The notes beneath the pieces are model-generated. The model was not told the DNA's origin and did no database searches. It worked only from the letters and a program-made list of their open reading frames with translations. A stretch of 64,000 bases of DNA. It comes from Rubrivivax sp. GTDB taxonomy: Bacteria > Pseudomonadota > Gammaproteobacteria > Burkholderiales > Burkholderiaceae_C. Below are positions 49,123 through 60,866 of this stretch, piece after piece. Numbering within the stretch: the first letter of the stretch is position 1; every line of letters begins with the position of its first letter. The stretch lies in assembly GCA_016719535.1 (NCBI GenBank), contig JADJYX010000011.1, forward strand, positions 747-64,746. Reading direction: 5' to 3'. Made by a program: the position numbers and the translations under genes.

Positions 49123-51575
49123 ATGACAAACCGATTCCCCGTCCGCAAGGTCGCCGTGCTCGGCGCCGGCGTCATGGGCGCGCAGATTGCCGCCCACCTG
49201 GTCAACTGCAAGGTGCCGGTGGTCCTGTTCGACTTGCCCGCCAAGCCTGGCCCCCAGGCTTCGCCACCCCCGAGGGGGCCGTGAAGTCGACCGGCGAAGC
49301 CGGATCGGCTTCGGTCCCCAAGAACGGCATCGCCCTGCGCGCCATCGACAACCTGAAGAAGCTCAAGCCCGCACCGCTGGGCGTGGCCGACGACGCGGCG
49401 CTGATCCAGCCCGCCAACTACGAGGAGCACCTGGCGCTGCTGGGCCAGTGCGACCTGGTGATCGAGGCCATTGCCGAGCGCATGGACTGGAAGCTGGACC
49501 TCTACACGAAGATCGCACCGGCCCTGGCCGCGCACGCCATCGTGGCCAGCAACACCTCGGGCCTGTCGATCACCAAGCTGAGCGAGGCGCTGCCCGAGAC
49601 CATCCGCCCGCGCTTCTGCGGCATCCACTTCTTCAACCCGCCGCGCTACATGGCGCTGGTGGAGCTGATCAACACCCCGGCCACGCAGCCCGAGGTGCTG
49701 GACCAGCTGGAAGCCTTCGTCACCACCGCGCTGGGAAAAAGCGTGGTGCGCGCCAAGGACACGCCCAATTTCGTGGCCAACCGCGTGGGCATCGCCGGCA
49801 TGCTGGCGACGATCAAGGAGGCCGAGAACTTCGGCCTGTCCTACGACGTCGTCGACGACCTCACCGGCAAGAAGCTGGGCCGCGCCAGCAGCGGTACCTT
49901 CCGCACCGCCGACGTGGTGGGCCTGGACACCATGGCCCATGTCATCGAGACGCTGCAGGACAATCTGGCCGACGACCCCTTCTATCCCAGCTACGCCACG
50001 CCGCCGGTGGTGAAGGCCTTGATCGAGAAGGGTGCGCTGGGCCAGAAGACGGGTGCCGGCTTCTACAAGAAGGTGGGCAAGGACATCCTGCGCCTGGACC
50101 CGGCCAAGGGCGACTATGTGCCCGGCGGTGCCAAGGTCGAGCCCATCGTCGAGCGCATGCTCAAGAAGCCGGCCGCCGAGCGGCTGAAGCTGCTGCGCGA
50201 AAGCAGCAACCCGCAGGCGCAGTTTTTGTGGGCCATCCTGCGTGATGCCTTCCACTATGCCGCCGTGCACCTGGAAGCCATCGCCGACAGCGCGCGCGAC
50301 GTCGACTTCGCGATGCGCTGGGGCTTCGGCATGAAGCAGGGCCCCTTCGAGCTGTGGCAGGAGGCCGGCTGGCAGCAGGTGGCGCAATGGGTCAAGGACG
50401 ACATCGACGCCGGCAAGGCGCTGTGCCAGGCGCCGCTGCCCGACTGGGTGTTCGATGGACGCACCGGCGTGCACACGCCCGAGGGCAGCTGGAGCCCGGC
50501 GAAGAAGGCCTATGTGCCGAAGAGCCAGCTGGCCGTCTACTGCCGGCAGTATTTCCCCGAGAGCGTGCTCGGCAGCGGCGCCACCGAGCCGCTGAAGGCC
50601 GGCACCGAGGTGTGGAAGAACGACGAGGCGCGCGTGTGGACGCTCGACGGCGAGGTGCTGATCCTGAGCATCACCGCCAAGCTGCACCTCATCAGCCCGG
50701 CGGTGATGGAAGCCCTCGGCAAGGCCATCGACCTGGCCGAGAGCCGCTACCAGGGCCTGGTGATCTGGTCGCCCGACGATGTCTTCTCGGCCGGCGCCAA
50801 CCTCGAATCGCTGATGCCGGTGTTCATGAAGAGCGGCTCCAAGGGCATCCTGCCGGTGGTCAAGCAGTTGCAGGACCTGATGCTGCGCCTGCGCTACGCC
50901 CAGGTGCCGGTGGTCAGCGCGATGCGCGGCATCGCGCTCGGCGGAGGCTGCGAACTGGCCGTCTACAGCCACCGGCGCGTGGCGGCGATGGAAACCTATG
51001 TCGGCCTGGTCGAGGTGGGCGTGGGCCTGGTGCCGGCCGGCGGCGGCCTGGCCTATATCGCGCGCCGTGCCGCCGAGATGGCGGGTGCCGCCAATGCCAA
51101 TGCCGACATCCTCAAATTCCTCACCGACGGCTTCACCAACGCCGCCATGGCCAAGGTGGGCACGAGCGCGATCGAATCGCGCAGGCTCGGCTACCTGCTG
51201 TGGAGCGACGTGATCGTGCCGCACAAGGACGAGCTGCTGTTCGTGGCGCTGGCGCAGGCCAGGGCCATGGCCGCCAGCGGCTGGCGCCCTCCGACGCAGG
51301 CGATGATCCCGGTGGCCGGCCGCAATGCGGTGGCCACCATCAAGGGCCAGCTCGCCAACATGCGCGACGGCGGCTTCATCAGCGCGCACGACTTCCACAT
51401 CGCCACGCTGATCGCCGAGGTGGTGTGCGGCGGTGACGTCGACGCCGGCTCGCTGGTGAGCGAGGCCTACCTGATGACGATGGAGCGCGAGCGCTTCTGC
51501 GCCCTGCTCGACCACCCCAAGACGCAGGAACGCATCATGGGCATGCTTCAAACGGGCAAGCCCGTGCGGAATTGA
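49123..51575 (+). CDS. 3-hydroxyacyl-CoA dehydrogenase/enoyl-CoA hydratase (FadN-like), with one frameshift at the C-run 49251-49255
   Basis: [19 protein letters not shown] (NAD motif) is in a different frame from ORF 49080..51575, which carries [22 protein letters not shown] and LGGGCE. Confidence 0.92.
49246..49315. repeat. REP-like element inserted inside the FadN-like coding sequence
   Basis: CGCCACCCCCGAGGGGGC (49262-49279) and CCGGCGAAGCCGGATC (49291-49306) match 49022-49039 (16/18) and 49052-49067 (15/16). Confidence 0.7.
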
Positions 51576-51582
51576 GCCATCG

Positions 51583-52028
51583 ATGAGCGACGCAACGCGT
51601 ACCGGATCCCTCCCCCTCTGCCGCTTGCGGGAGCGGGCAGGGGTGAGGGCGCGTGGCCTGCGCGCAAATGCCGCCGACGCCGAACGCCGCCTGTGGTCGC
51701 AGCTGCGCAACCGGCAACTGGCTGGCCGCAAGTTCCGCCGCCAGCACCCGGTCGGGCCGTTCATCGCCGACTTTGCCTGCCTGGAGGCGCGGCTGGTCGT
51801 CGAGGTGGATGGCGGCCAGCACTTCGGGGCCGAGGCGCTGCAGGCCGATGCTGGCCGCACCGAGGCCCTGAAGGACGCCGGCCTCGAGGCGCTTCGATTC
51901 GACAACCGGCAGGTGCTGACACAAACCGAAGCCGTGCTGGCGGCCATCCAGCAATGGCTGCAAGGCCATGACCCTCACCCCAACCCTCTCCCGCAGGCGG
52001 GAGCGGGGGCTTCTCGCAAGGAATCGCC

Positions 52029-52032
<4 letters not shown>
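51583..52032 (+). CDS. DUF559 (Vsr-like, PD-(D/E)xK) endonuclease domain protein
   Basis: AERRLWSQLR...FRRQHPVGPFIADFAC...LVVEVDGGQH...LRF.N motifs; the stop overlaps the thiolase ATG. Confidence 0.9.
51608..51650 (-). repeat. Left REP-like repeat flanking the DUF559 core
   Basis: Reverse complement GCCCTCACCCCTGCCCGCTCCCGCAAGCGGCAGAGGGGG matches 51971-52010 at 32 of 40 positions by manual count. Confidence 0.85.
51971..52010 (+). repeat. Right REP-like repeat flanking the DUF559 core
   Basis: ACCCTCACCCCAACCCTCTCCCGCAGGCGGGAGCGGGGG, with internal hairpin CTCCCGC-AG-GCGGGAG; inverted relative to 51608-51650. Confidence 0.85.
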
Positions 52033-53228
<1,196 letters not shown>

Positions 53229-53259
53229 GCGGCGCCGACGGTCGAACACGGAGACAAGC

Positions 53260-54036
53260 ATGACCATCAAGACCGCGACGCTGGGCGGCGTGGCCACGAT
53301 CGAGATCGCGCGCCCCGAGAAGAAGAATGCGCTCACCATCGCGATGTACCAGGCGATGGCCGACGCACTGCGCGCCGCCGCTGCCGACCCGGCCGTGCGC
53401 GCGGTGCTGATCACCGGCCAGCCGGGCATCTTTACCTCGGGCAACGACCTCGAGGACTTCATGCGGCGCCCGCCGGGGCAGGGCGGCAGCGCCACCGAGG
53501 ATTCGGCCGTCGGCCAGTTCATGCGCGCGCTGCTGGACTGCGACAAGCCGGTGGTGGCCGCCGTCACCGGTGCGGCCATCGGCATCGGCACCACGATGCT
53601 GCTGCATTGCGACTTCGTCTATGTCTCCGACGAGGCGCGCCTGGCCATGCCCTTCGTCGGCCTGGGCCTGGTGCCCGAATATGCGTCCAGCCTGCTGCTG
53701 CCGCAGCTGATGGGCGCGCGCCGCGCGGCCGAGAAGCTGCTGCTGGGCGACCCCTTCACGCCCGAGCAGGCGGTGGAATGCGGCATCGCCAATGCGGTGC
53801 TGCCGGCCGGCGAGGTGGCGGGCCACGCCCGCCGCGTGGCCGAGCGCTTCAACGCGCTGCCGCCCGGTGCCGTGCAGGAGGCCAAGCGGCTGATGCGCGC
53901 ACCGCAGCGCGAGCAGGTGCTGGCCGTCATCAAGACCGAGGGCGAGTTGTTTGCGCAACGCCTGCGCAGCCCCGAGGCGATGGAGGCCTTCCAGGCCTTC
54001 TTCCAGAAGCGCAAGCCCGACTTCTCGACATTCTGA
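53260..54036 (+). CDS. Enoyl-CoA hydratase/isomerase family protein
   Basis: PEKKNAL, FTSGNDL, AIGIGTT, LGLVPE. Confidence 0.93.
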   Translation: MTIKTATLGGVATIEIARPEKKNALTIAMYQAMADALRAAAADPAVRAVLITGQPGIFTSGNDLEDFMRRPPGQGGSATEDSAVGQFMRALLDCDKPVVAAVTGAAIGIGTTMLLHCDFVYVSDEARLAMPFVGLGLVPEYASSLLLPQLMGARRAAEKLLLGDPFTPEQAVECGIANAVLPAGEVAGHARRVAERFNALPPGAVQEAKRLMRAPQREQVLAVIKTEGELFAQRLRSPEAMEAFQAFFQKRKPDFSTF

Positions 54037-54791
54037 TGTCGCTGGCGGTCAAGCTGGCGCTGACGCCGGTGCTGCTGGCGCAGGGCCTGCTGACGCGCGC
54101 GCGCATGCCGAGACTGCCCGAGGCACAAGGGCCGCGTGCCGGGCGCGTGGGCAGCGGGCACCGGCTGCGGCTGCTGGTGGCCGGTGATTCGTCGGCCGCC
54201 GGCGTTGGCGTGGCGCACCAGCGCGATGCGCTGGCGGCGCCGCTGGCCGCGCAACTGGCCGCGCTGGCCGGCGTGTGCGTCGACTGGCAGCTGCTGGCGC
54301 GCAGCGGGTTGAATACCGCCGACACACTGGCCATGCTGCAGGCCGAGCCGCCGGGCGACCTGCAGGCCGACGTCGCCGTCATCGTCACCGGGGTCAACGA
54401 CGTCACCGGCCAGGTGCCGTCGCAGCGCGCGCTGGCCGTGCGCCAGGCGCTCGCCAACTGGCTGCGCAATGCCTGTGGCGTGCAGCACGTGGCCTTCTGC
54501 CCGCTGCCGCCGGTGCATGCCTTTCCCGGGCTGCCGCAGCCCTTGCGCTGGGTGGCCGGTGCCGATGCGCGCCGCCACAACGACGCGCTGCGCGAATGGA
54601 CGTCGACGCGCGGCGACGTGTCCTGCGTCGACATGCAGCTGCCGCTGGACCCGGCGGCGATGGCCGACGACGGCTTCCATCCCGGCGCGCCGGCCTACCG
54701 CTGGTGCGCCGACGCCATCGCCCGCCACCTGGCGGCGCAGGACTGGCGCGCCGACCACACCCACATCAACGTCCCGGAGACGACGCGATGA
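54036..54791 (+). CDS. SGNH/GDSL hydrolase
   Basis: AGDSSAAG, TGVND, DGFHP; C-terminal part of ORF 53607..54791. Confidence 0.92.
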   Translation: MSLAVKLALTPVLLAQGLLTRARMPRLPEAQGPRAGRVGSGHRLRLLVAGDSSAAGVGVAHQRDALAAPLAAQLAALAGVCVDWQLLARSGLNTADTLAMLQAEPPGDLQADVAVIVTGVNDVTGQVPSQRALAVRQALANWLRNACGVQHVAFCPLPPVHAFPGLPQPLRWVAGADARRHNDALREWTSTRGDVSCVDMQLPLDPAAMADDGFHPGAPAYRWCADAIARHLAAQDWRADHTHINVPETTR

Positions 54792-55624
54792 CCCGCAGCC
54801 TCAAGGGCAAGACCCTCGTGATCACCGGCGCCAGCCGCGGCATCGGCCTGGCCATCGGCGAACGTGCGGCACGCGACGGTGCCAACGTCGTGCTGCTGGC
54901 CAAGACCACCGAGCCCAACCCCAGGCTGCCGGGTACGCTGTTCACGGCTGCCGAAGAGATCCAGGTCGCCGGCGGCCAGGCGCTGCCGGTGCCCACCGAC
55001 ATCCGCGACGAGGCCGCGGTGGCCGCCGCCGTGCAGGCGGCGGTGGACCGCTTCGGCGGCATCGACATCCTGGTCAACAACGCCAGCGCCATCAGCCTGA
55101 CCAACACGCCGATGACGCCGATGAAGCGCTTCGACCTCATGTTCGGCGTCAATGTGCGCGGCACCTATTGCTGCACGCAGGCCTGCCTGCCGCACCTGAT
55201 CGCCAGCGCCAAGGCCGGCCGCAACCCGCACGTGCTGAACATGAGCCCGCCGCTGTCGATGCGCGAGCACTGGTTCCGCCCGCACGTGGCCTACACGATG
55301 GCCAAATACGGCATGAGCGAATGCACGCTCGGCCACGCGGGCGAATTCAGACCGCTGGGCATCGCCGTCAACAGCCTGTGGCCGCGCACCGCCATCGCCA
55401 CCGCGGCGCTGCAGATGATCCCCGGCGTGGACCTGAAGCTGTGCCGCAAGCCCGAGATCCTGGCCGATGCCGCCTGGTGGATCCTGACCAGCGAATCGAA
55501 GGCCGTCAGCGGGCACTTCTTCATCGACGACGAACTGCTGCAAAGCCACGGTGTGCACGATCTCGATCCCTATGCCGTGACGCCGGGCAACCGGAATTTC
55601 ATCCCCGATTTCTTTGTCGACTGA
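54788..55624 (+). CDS. SDR oxidoreductase (HSDL2/citronellol dehydrogenase-like)
   Basis: TGASRGIG, NNASAI, YTMAKYGMS. Confidence 0.93.
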   Translation: MTRSLKGKTLVITGASRGIGLAIGERAARDGANVVLLAKTTEPNPRLPGTLFTAAEEIQVAGGQALPVPTDIRDEAAVAAAVQAAVDRFGGIDILVNNASAISLTNTPMTPMKRFDLMFGVNVRGTYCCTQACLPHLIASAKAGRNPHVLNMSPPLSMREHWFRPHVAYTMAKYGMSECTLGHAGEFRPLGIAVNSLWPRTAIATAALQMIPGVDLKLCRKPEILADAAWWILTSESKAVSGHFFIDDELLQSHGVHDLDPYAVTPGNRNFIPDFFVD

Positions 55625-55714
55625 CGACGCCGGACCATGCCTGCGCACGGTCCGGCGCGTCAGGAGAGGCCCGAGCTCTGCGAGGGCGCGGCCTGCAAGG
55701 TCGACTGACGACGC
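55616..55714. repeat. 15-bp direct repeat (includes the SDR stop codon) enclosing a hairpin
   Basis: GTCGACTGACGACGC at 55616 and 55700; 9-bp stem CGCCGGACC/GGTCCGGCG at 55628-55657. Confidence 0.7.
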
Positions 55715-55802
55715 GTTTTCGCCGCTGGCGACTGCAGTGCTGCGCACGGGCCACCGCTAGCATCGGCCGCGACCGGTGCCCGTCAGGCGGGCGGAGACAC
55801 GC

Positions 55803-56717
55803 ATGAGCGAGAGGACCGGGCCCGCCGCGGCCTGGGTGCCGGCGGCCCTGATGGGCACGATGCTGGTGTGGGGCATCAACATCCCCCTGGTGAAGGCGCT
55901 GACGGCGTGGCTGGACACCGCGTCCATCGCCACGCTGCGCATGGGCGTGGCCTGCGCCACCTTCGGCGTGCTCGCGGTCTGGCACCGAAAGCCCTGGCCG
56001 CGGCTGTCGGCGCGGCAATGGGCAGGGCTGCTGGCCTGCGCCTTGTGCATGGTCTATCTCAACCAGATCCTGTTTGCCGCCGGCATGGCTCGCACCAGCG
56101 CCGCCAACGGTGCGCTCATCATGGCCACGGCGCCGCTGGTGTCGGCACTGCTGGCGGCACTGGCCTTCGGGGAACGGCTGCACCTGCGCCACCTGGCGGC
56201 GGTGGCGCTGGGCTTCGGCGGCGTGGCCGTGGTGGTGCTGCACAAGCCCGGCAGCGCACTCGGACAGGCCGGCTGGGGCGACCTGCTGGTGCTGGGCTGC
56301 GTGGTTTCGTTCGCCGCCGGCGGCGTGCTGGTGCAGCGCATGTCGGCGCGGCTGGATCCGCTGTCGCTCAGCGGCGTGATCTACCCGCTGGGCACGGCGA
56401 TGCTGGCGCTGCACCTGGTGCTGGACCGCGGCGGCATGCCCGATGTCGCCACGCTGCTGCCGGGCTGGTGGCCCTGGGCGCTGATCGTCTTCTCGGGCGT
56501 TTTTGCCACCGCGCTGGGCAACTGGGTGTGGAACGGCGCCATCGGCCGCATCGGTGTGGCGCGCACGGCGGTCTATACCTACTGGGTGCCGGTCTTCGGC
56601 ATGGGCTTTGCCGCGCTGCTGCTGGGCGAGCCGCTCAATGGCTGGTATGCACTGGGCCTGGTGATGGTGCTGGCGGGCAGCCGGCTGGCGGCGCGGCGGC
56701 CGGTGGCTGCAGCCTGA
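55803..56717 (+). CDS. EamA/DMT family transporter
   Basis: LVWGINIP, two EamA repeats, many TM helices. Confidence 0.92.
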   Translation: MSERTGPAAAWVPAALMGTMLVWGINIPLVKALTAWLDTASIATLRMGVACATFGVLAVWHRKPWPRLSARQWAGLLACALCMVYLNQILFAAGMARTSAANGALIMATAPLVSALLAALAFGERLHLRHLAAVALGFGGVAVVVLHKPGSALGQAGWGDLLVLGCVVSFAAGGVLVQRMSARLDPLSLSGVIYPLGTAMLALHLVLDRGGMPDVATLLPGWWPWALIVFSGVFATALGNWVWNGAIGRIGVARTAVYTYWVPVFGMGFAALLLGEPLNGWYALGLVMVLAGSRLAARRPVAAA

Positions 56718-56881
56718 GCGGTCTGGCGGCGCCGAGCGCGTGAGTGCTTGGTTGCTGATGGCGCATGGCAGCCGCATCCCGGTTCCCACGGCCCTAGACT
56801 TGCATCCGCGCGCGTCGTGGTGCGTTCACCCCAGCCGGTGGCCCGCGCCGCCGGCTTTCACCTCGCAGCAGGAAGACCCTG

Positions 56882-57067
56882 ATGAAGAATATGCCCGGCA
56901 TCATCGGCGGCAGCGGGTTTTTCGATCTGGCCGGCCCGACCGACACCCGTCGGGCGGCCGTCGAAACGCGCTGGGGCGCGCCATCGGACGCGTTGTTCCG
57001 TCAGCGCCCGGCGCGCCCCGGCGCTGGCGGACCGGCTGCGCCCGGCCTTGCGCGGGGGGCGGCATGA
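56882..57067 (+). pseudogene. N-terminal remnant of S-methyl-5'-thioadenosine phosphorylase (MTAP-like)
   Basis: MPGIIGGSGFFDLAG...VETRWGAPSD matches the MTAP N-terminus; similarity is lost after about 40 aa, and the stop overlaps the next ATG. Confidence 0.6.
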
Positions 57068-58437
57068 CCCGCGCCGGGTCTTCATCGCTGCGCCCGGCGG
57101 CGCGCTGGTTGCTGGCGGCGGCGCTGGTCGTGCTGTCGGCGACGGCCGCTGCGCAGCCGTGCAGCAGCCGGCTGCGCATCACCCTGGGCGACGGCAGTGC
57201 GTCCTGCCTGACCGACCACGCGCTGGCGCAGCGTACCGCAACCGCCCGACCGGGCACGCTGGCTAGCCTGCTGCCGGTCAGCGGCCTGTATGCGGTGGCC
57301 GTGTCGCCGGCGCTGCCCCAGTGCCCGGCGGCGCTGGGCTTTTCCGCCATCAGCACGATGCCCACGGCCACCGGCGCAGTCGGCAACGGCGCCGACAGCC
57401 CGCATGCGCGCAGTGCGCTGGCCGAGTGCCGCCAGAAGCTGCCGTGGTCGGCGCCGCCGGAGTGCAGCTGCCGACTGGTGCTGGTCGACGGCTTGTCGAC
57501 GCTGCCGCCGGAGTCCTTCGCCCGCTATGCGGGGACCGCGCCCGCTGTGGTGGCCGCAGCGCCGCCGCCGGCCCCCGAGCAAGCCGCCGCGGCGCCAGCC
57601 GAACCCGCCGTCACCGAGGTCCGGCCGCCGCCGGGCAACGGCGAGGTGGCGGCGCTGCGCCGCCGGATCGAACAGTTGCAGGCCGAGGTCGGGCAGGCCC
57701 AGGCCGCCCGCAGCCCGCCCGCGGCCGCGACGCCGGTCAACCGGCTCACCGCGCGGGCGCTGGTGATCGGCAACGGGGCCTACAAGCACCTGGGCACGCT
57801 GGCCAATCCGCGCCGCGACGCCATGGACATGGCCGCCAAGCTGCGCGGCTTCGGCATCGAGGTCGACCTCGTGCTGGACGCCGACCGCCATGCCCTGGTG
57901 AAGGCGCTGGCGGATCACAACCGCAAGGCCACCGCGCTGGACGTGAACATCCTGTACTACGCCGGCCACGGCCTGCAGGTGGGTGGCATCAACTACATCG
58001 CGCCGGTGGACATGCTGGCCGATGGCATCTCCTCGGGCCACGTCAAGCTCAACGGCGTGGCGCTCAACGACGCGCTCGACTACCTGCCCGCCCGCACGCG
58101 GCTGGTCTTCCTGGACGCCTGCCGGGACAACCCTGCCGTGCGCAAGCTGGTGGCCAACCGCAGCGTGGCTGCGCCGGGCCTGGCACCCGTCTCGGCCACT
58201 TCGGGCACCTTGATCGCGTATGCCACGCGCGATGGTTCGGTGGCCGAGGACGGCAAGGGCCGCAACAGCCCCTACACCGCGGCGCTGCTGCGGCACCTGG
58301 ACGCGCCCGATGACATCGCGGTGGTGTTGCGCCGCGTGCGGCAGTCGGTGATGGAAGCCACCGGCAACCGCCAGGAGCCGTGGGAATACGGTTCGCTGGT
58401 CGGCGACCAGCTGGTGTTGTCGCGCCTGGTGCGCTGA
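57064..58437 (+). CDS. Exported caspase-family (peptidase C14) protein
   Basis: Signal-like WLLAAALVVLSATAAA; RALVIGNGAY, LANPRRDA, YYAGHG (His), LDACRDNP (Cys), YAT..GSVAEDG.GRNSPYT. Confidence 0.9.
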   Translation: MTRAGSSSLRPAARWLLAAALVVLSATAAAQPCSSRLRITLGDGSASCLTDHALAQRTATARPGTLASLLPVSGLYAVAVSPALPQCPAALGFSAISTMPTATGAVGNGADSPHARSALAECRQKLPWSAPPECSCRLVLVDGLSTLPPESFARYAGTAPAVVAAAPPPAPEQAAAAPAEPAVTEVRPPPGNGEVAALRRRIEQLQAEVGQAQAARSPPAAATPVNRLTARALVIGNGAYKHLGTLANPRRDAMDMAAKLRGFGIEVDLVLDADRHALVKALADHNRKATALDVNILYYAGHGLQVGGINYIAPVDMLADGISSGHVKLNGVALNDALDYLPARTRLVFLDACRDNPAVRKLVANRSVAAPGLAPVSATSGTLIAYATRDGSVAEDGKGRNSPYTAALLRHLDAPDDIAVVLRRVRQSVMEATGNRQEPWEYGSLVGDQLVLSRLVR

Positions 58438-58524
58438 GGATCGACGGCCGTCGCCCGTGCACGCCCCGGTGGCGCGCCAGGCAGGCCCGGTCAAGCCCGT
58501 GCCGCCTGCGCTGTCACCCGGCGC

Positions 58525-58956
58525 TCACGCCGCACCCGCCATCGCCCGCGGCTGCCCCTGGCCATCGATGGCGACGTAGGTCAGGTTGGCCTCGGTCACC
58601 TTGACCAGCTGCGGGTGCACCGGGTTGCGCTCGGCCCAGACCTCGACATGCACGGTGATCGACGTTCGTCCCACGCGCGTGACGGCGGCGTAGAAGCTCA
58701 GCAGGTCGCCGATCGACACCGGCTGCTTGAAGGTGAACTGGTTGACGGCCACGGTGGCGATGCGCCCGCGCGCCACGCGCATCGGCAGCACCGCACCGGC
58801 CACGTCGACTTGCGCCATGATCCAGCCGCCGAAGACGTCGCCGTTGGCATTGACGTCGGCCGGCATGGGCATCACGCGCATCACCAGTTCGGCGCCGTCG
58901 GGCAAACTGGCGGGTACGGCCAGGGTCGTTGCGACCGGGGTTGAATCGGTTGCCAT
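58525..58956 (-). CDS. Acyl-CoA thioesterase (hotdog fold, YciA-like)
   Basis: MPADVNANGDVFGGWIMAQVD, VGRTSI, YVAID. Confidence 0.93.
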   Translation of the reverse strand: MATDSTPVATTLAVPASLPDGAELVMRVMPMPADVNANGDVFGGWIMAQVDVAGAVLPMRVARGRIATVAVNQFTFKQPVSIGDLLSFYAAVTRVGRTSITVHVEVWAERNPVHPQLVKVTEANLTYVAIDGQGQPRAMAGAA

Positions 58957-58993
58957 CGGCGCCACCTCCAGAAGTCCTCCGAAGCATTCTTCC

Positions 58994-60834
58994 ATGAGAC
59001 GAAGCACGATGGCCCTGCCGCAACCTGCGGAAGGCCAGCCCGGTGCGGCCGGCCGATCCGACTGGGCCACGCTGCGCAAGCTGCTGCCCTACCTGTGGCG
59101 CTACCGCTGGCGGGTGGGCATTGCGCTGGCGTTTCTGCTGGCGGCCAAGATGGCCAACGTGGGCGTGCCGCTGCTGCTGAAGGAGCTGGTCGATGGCCTG
59201 GCCATCCAGCCCGGCAGCGCGGCGGCGCTGCTGTTGGTGCCGGTCGGGCTGATCGTCGCCTACGGCGCGCTGCGCCTGAGCACCACGCTGTTCACCGAAC
59301 TGCGCGAACTGATCTTCGCCAAGGCCACCGAAGGCACGGCGCGCAGCATCAGCCTGCAGGTCTTCCGCCACCTGCACGCGCTGTCGCTGCGCTTTCACCT
59401 CGAGCGTCAGACCGGCGGCATGACGCGCGACATCGAGCGCGGCACGCGCGCGGTGCACTCGCTGATCAGCTATTCGCTCTACAGCATCCTGCCCACGCTG
59501 ATCGAGGTCACGATGGTGCTGACGGTGCTGGCCGTCAAGTTCGACGCCTGGTTTGCCGGCATCACCGTCATCGCGCTGGTGGTCTATATCAGCTACACGG
59601 TGGTGATGACCGAATGGCGCACGCAGTTCCGCAAGCAGATGAACGAGATCGACTCGACGGCGCATTCGCGCGCCATCGACGCGCTGCTGAACTACGAGAC
59701 CGTCAAATATTTCAACAACGAGGATTTCGAGGCCAGGCGCTACGACGACAACCTCGAGAAGCTGCGCCGCGCCAGCCTGAAGAGCCAGAGCACGCTGTCG
59801 CTGCTCAATACCGGCCAGCAGCTGATCATCGCCACCGCGCTGGTGGCCATGCTGTGGCGCGCCACGCAGGGCGTGGTCGACGGCCGCATGACGCTGGGTG
59901 ACCTGGTGATGGTCAATGCCTTCATGATCCAGCTCTACATCCCGCTCAACTTCCTGGGCGTGATCTACCGCGAGATCAAGCAGAGTCTGACCGACCTGGA
60001 CAAGATGTTCACGCTGCTCGAGCGCGATCGCGAGGTGGCCGACGCGCCCGGCGCGCCGCCGCTGCAGGTGAGCGAGGGCGTGGTGCGTTTCGAGCACGTG
60101 AGCTTTGCCTACGACGCCAGCCGCCCCATCCTGCACGACGTCAGCTTCGAGATCCCGGCGGGCAAGACGGTGGCCGTGGTCGGGCCTTCGGGCGCCGGCA
60201 AGAGCACGCTGGCGCGGCTGCTGTACCGCTTCTACGACGTGGGCGGCGGGCGCGTGACCATCGACGGCCAGGACATTCGCGATGTGACCCAGGCCAGCCT
60301 GCGCGCGGCCATCGGCATCGTGCCGCAGGACACGGTGCTGTTCAACGACACCGTCGAATACAACATCGCCTACGGCCGCCCCGGCGCCGCGCGCGCCGAG
60401 GTCGAGGCCGCCGCCCGCGCCGCGCACATCCACGACTTCATCGCCGCCACGCCCAAGGGCTACGACACCATGGTCGGCGAGCGCGGCCTCAAGCTCAGCG
60501 GCGGCGAGAAGCAGCGCGTGGCGATCGCGCGCACGCTGCTGAAGAACCCGCCGGTGCTGATCTTCGACGAGGCCACCTCGGCGCTGGACTCGGCCAACGA
60601 ACGTGCCATCCAGGCCGAGCTGCGCAGCGTCTCCGAGGGCAAGACGGCGCTCGTCATCGCGCACCGGCTGTCCACCGTCCACCACGCGGACGTAATCGTG
60701 GTGATGGACCAGGGCCGCGTGGTCGAGTGCGGCCCCATGCCGAGCTGCTGGCGCGCGGCGGGCGTTATGCTCAGATGTGGCGGCTGCAGCAGAGTGGCGA
60801 GCCCACCGGCACCGCCGATCCCGCACCCGCATAG
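58994..60834 (+). CDS. ABCB-type exporter (ATM1/HMT1-like), with a frameshift near 60737
   Basis: RQTGGMTRDIERG, LNYETVKYF, GPSGAGKS, LSGGEKQR, FDEATSALD; the shifted tail reads HAELLARGGRYAQMW... Confidence 0.92.
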
Positions 60835-60866
60835 ACACTGCTCGACGGCCCGCCTAACATGCCTGC

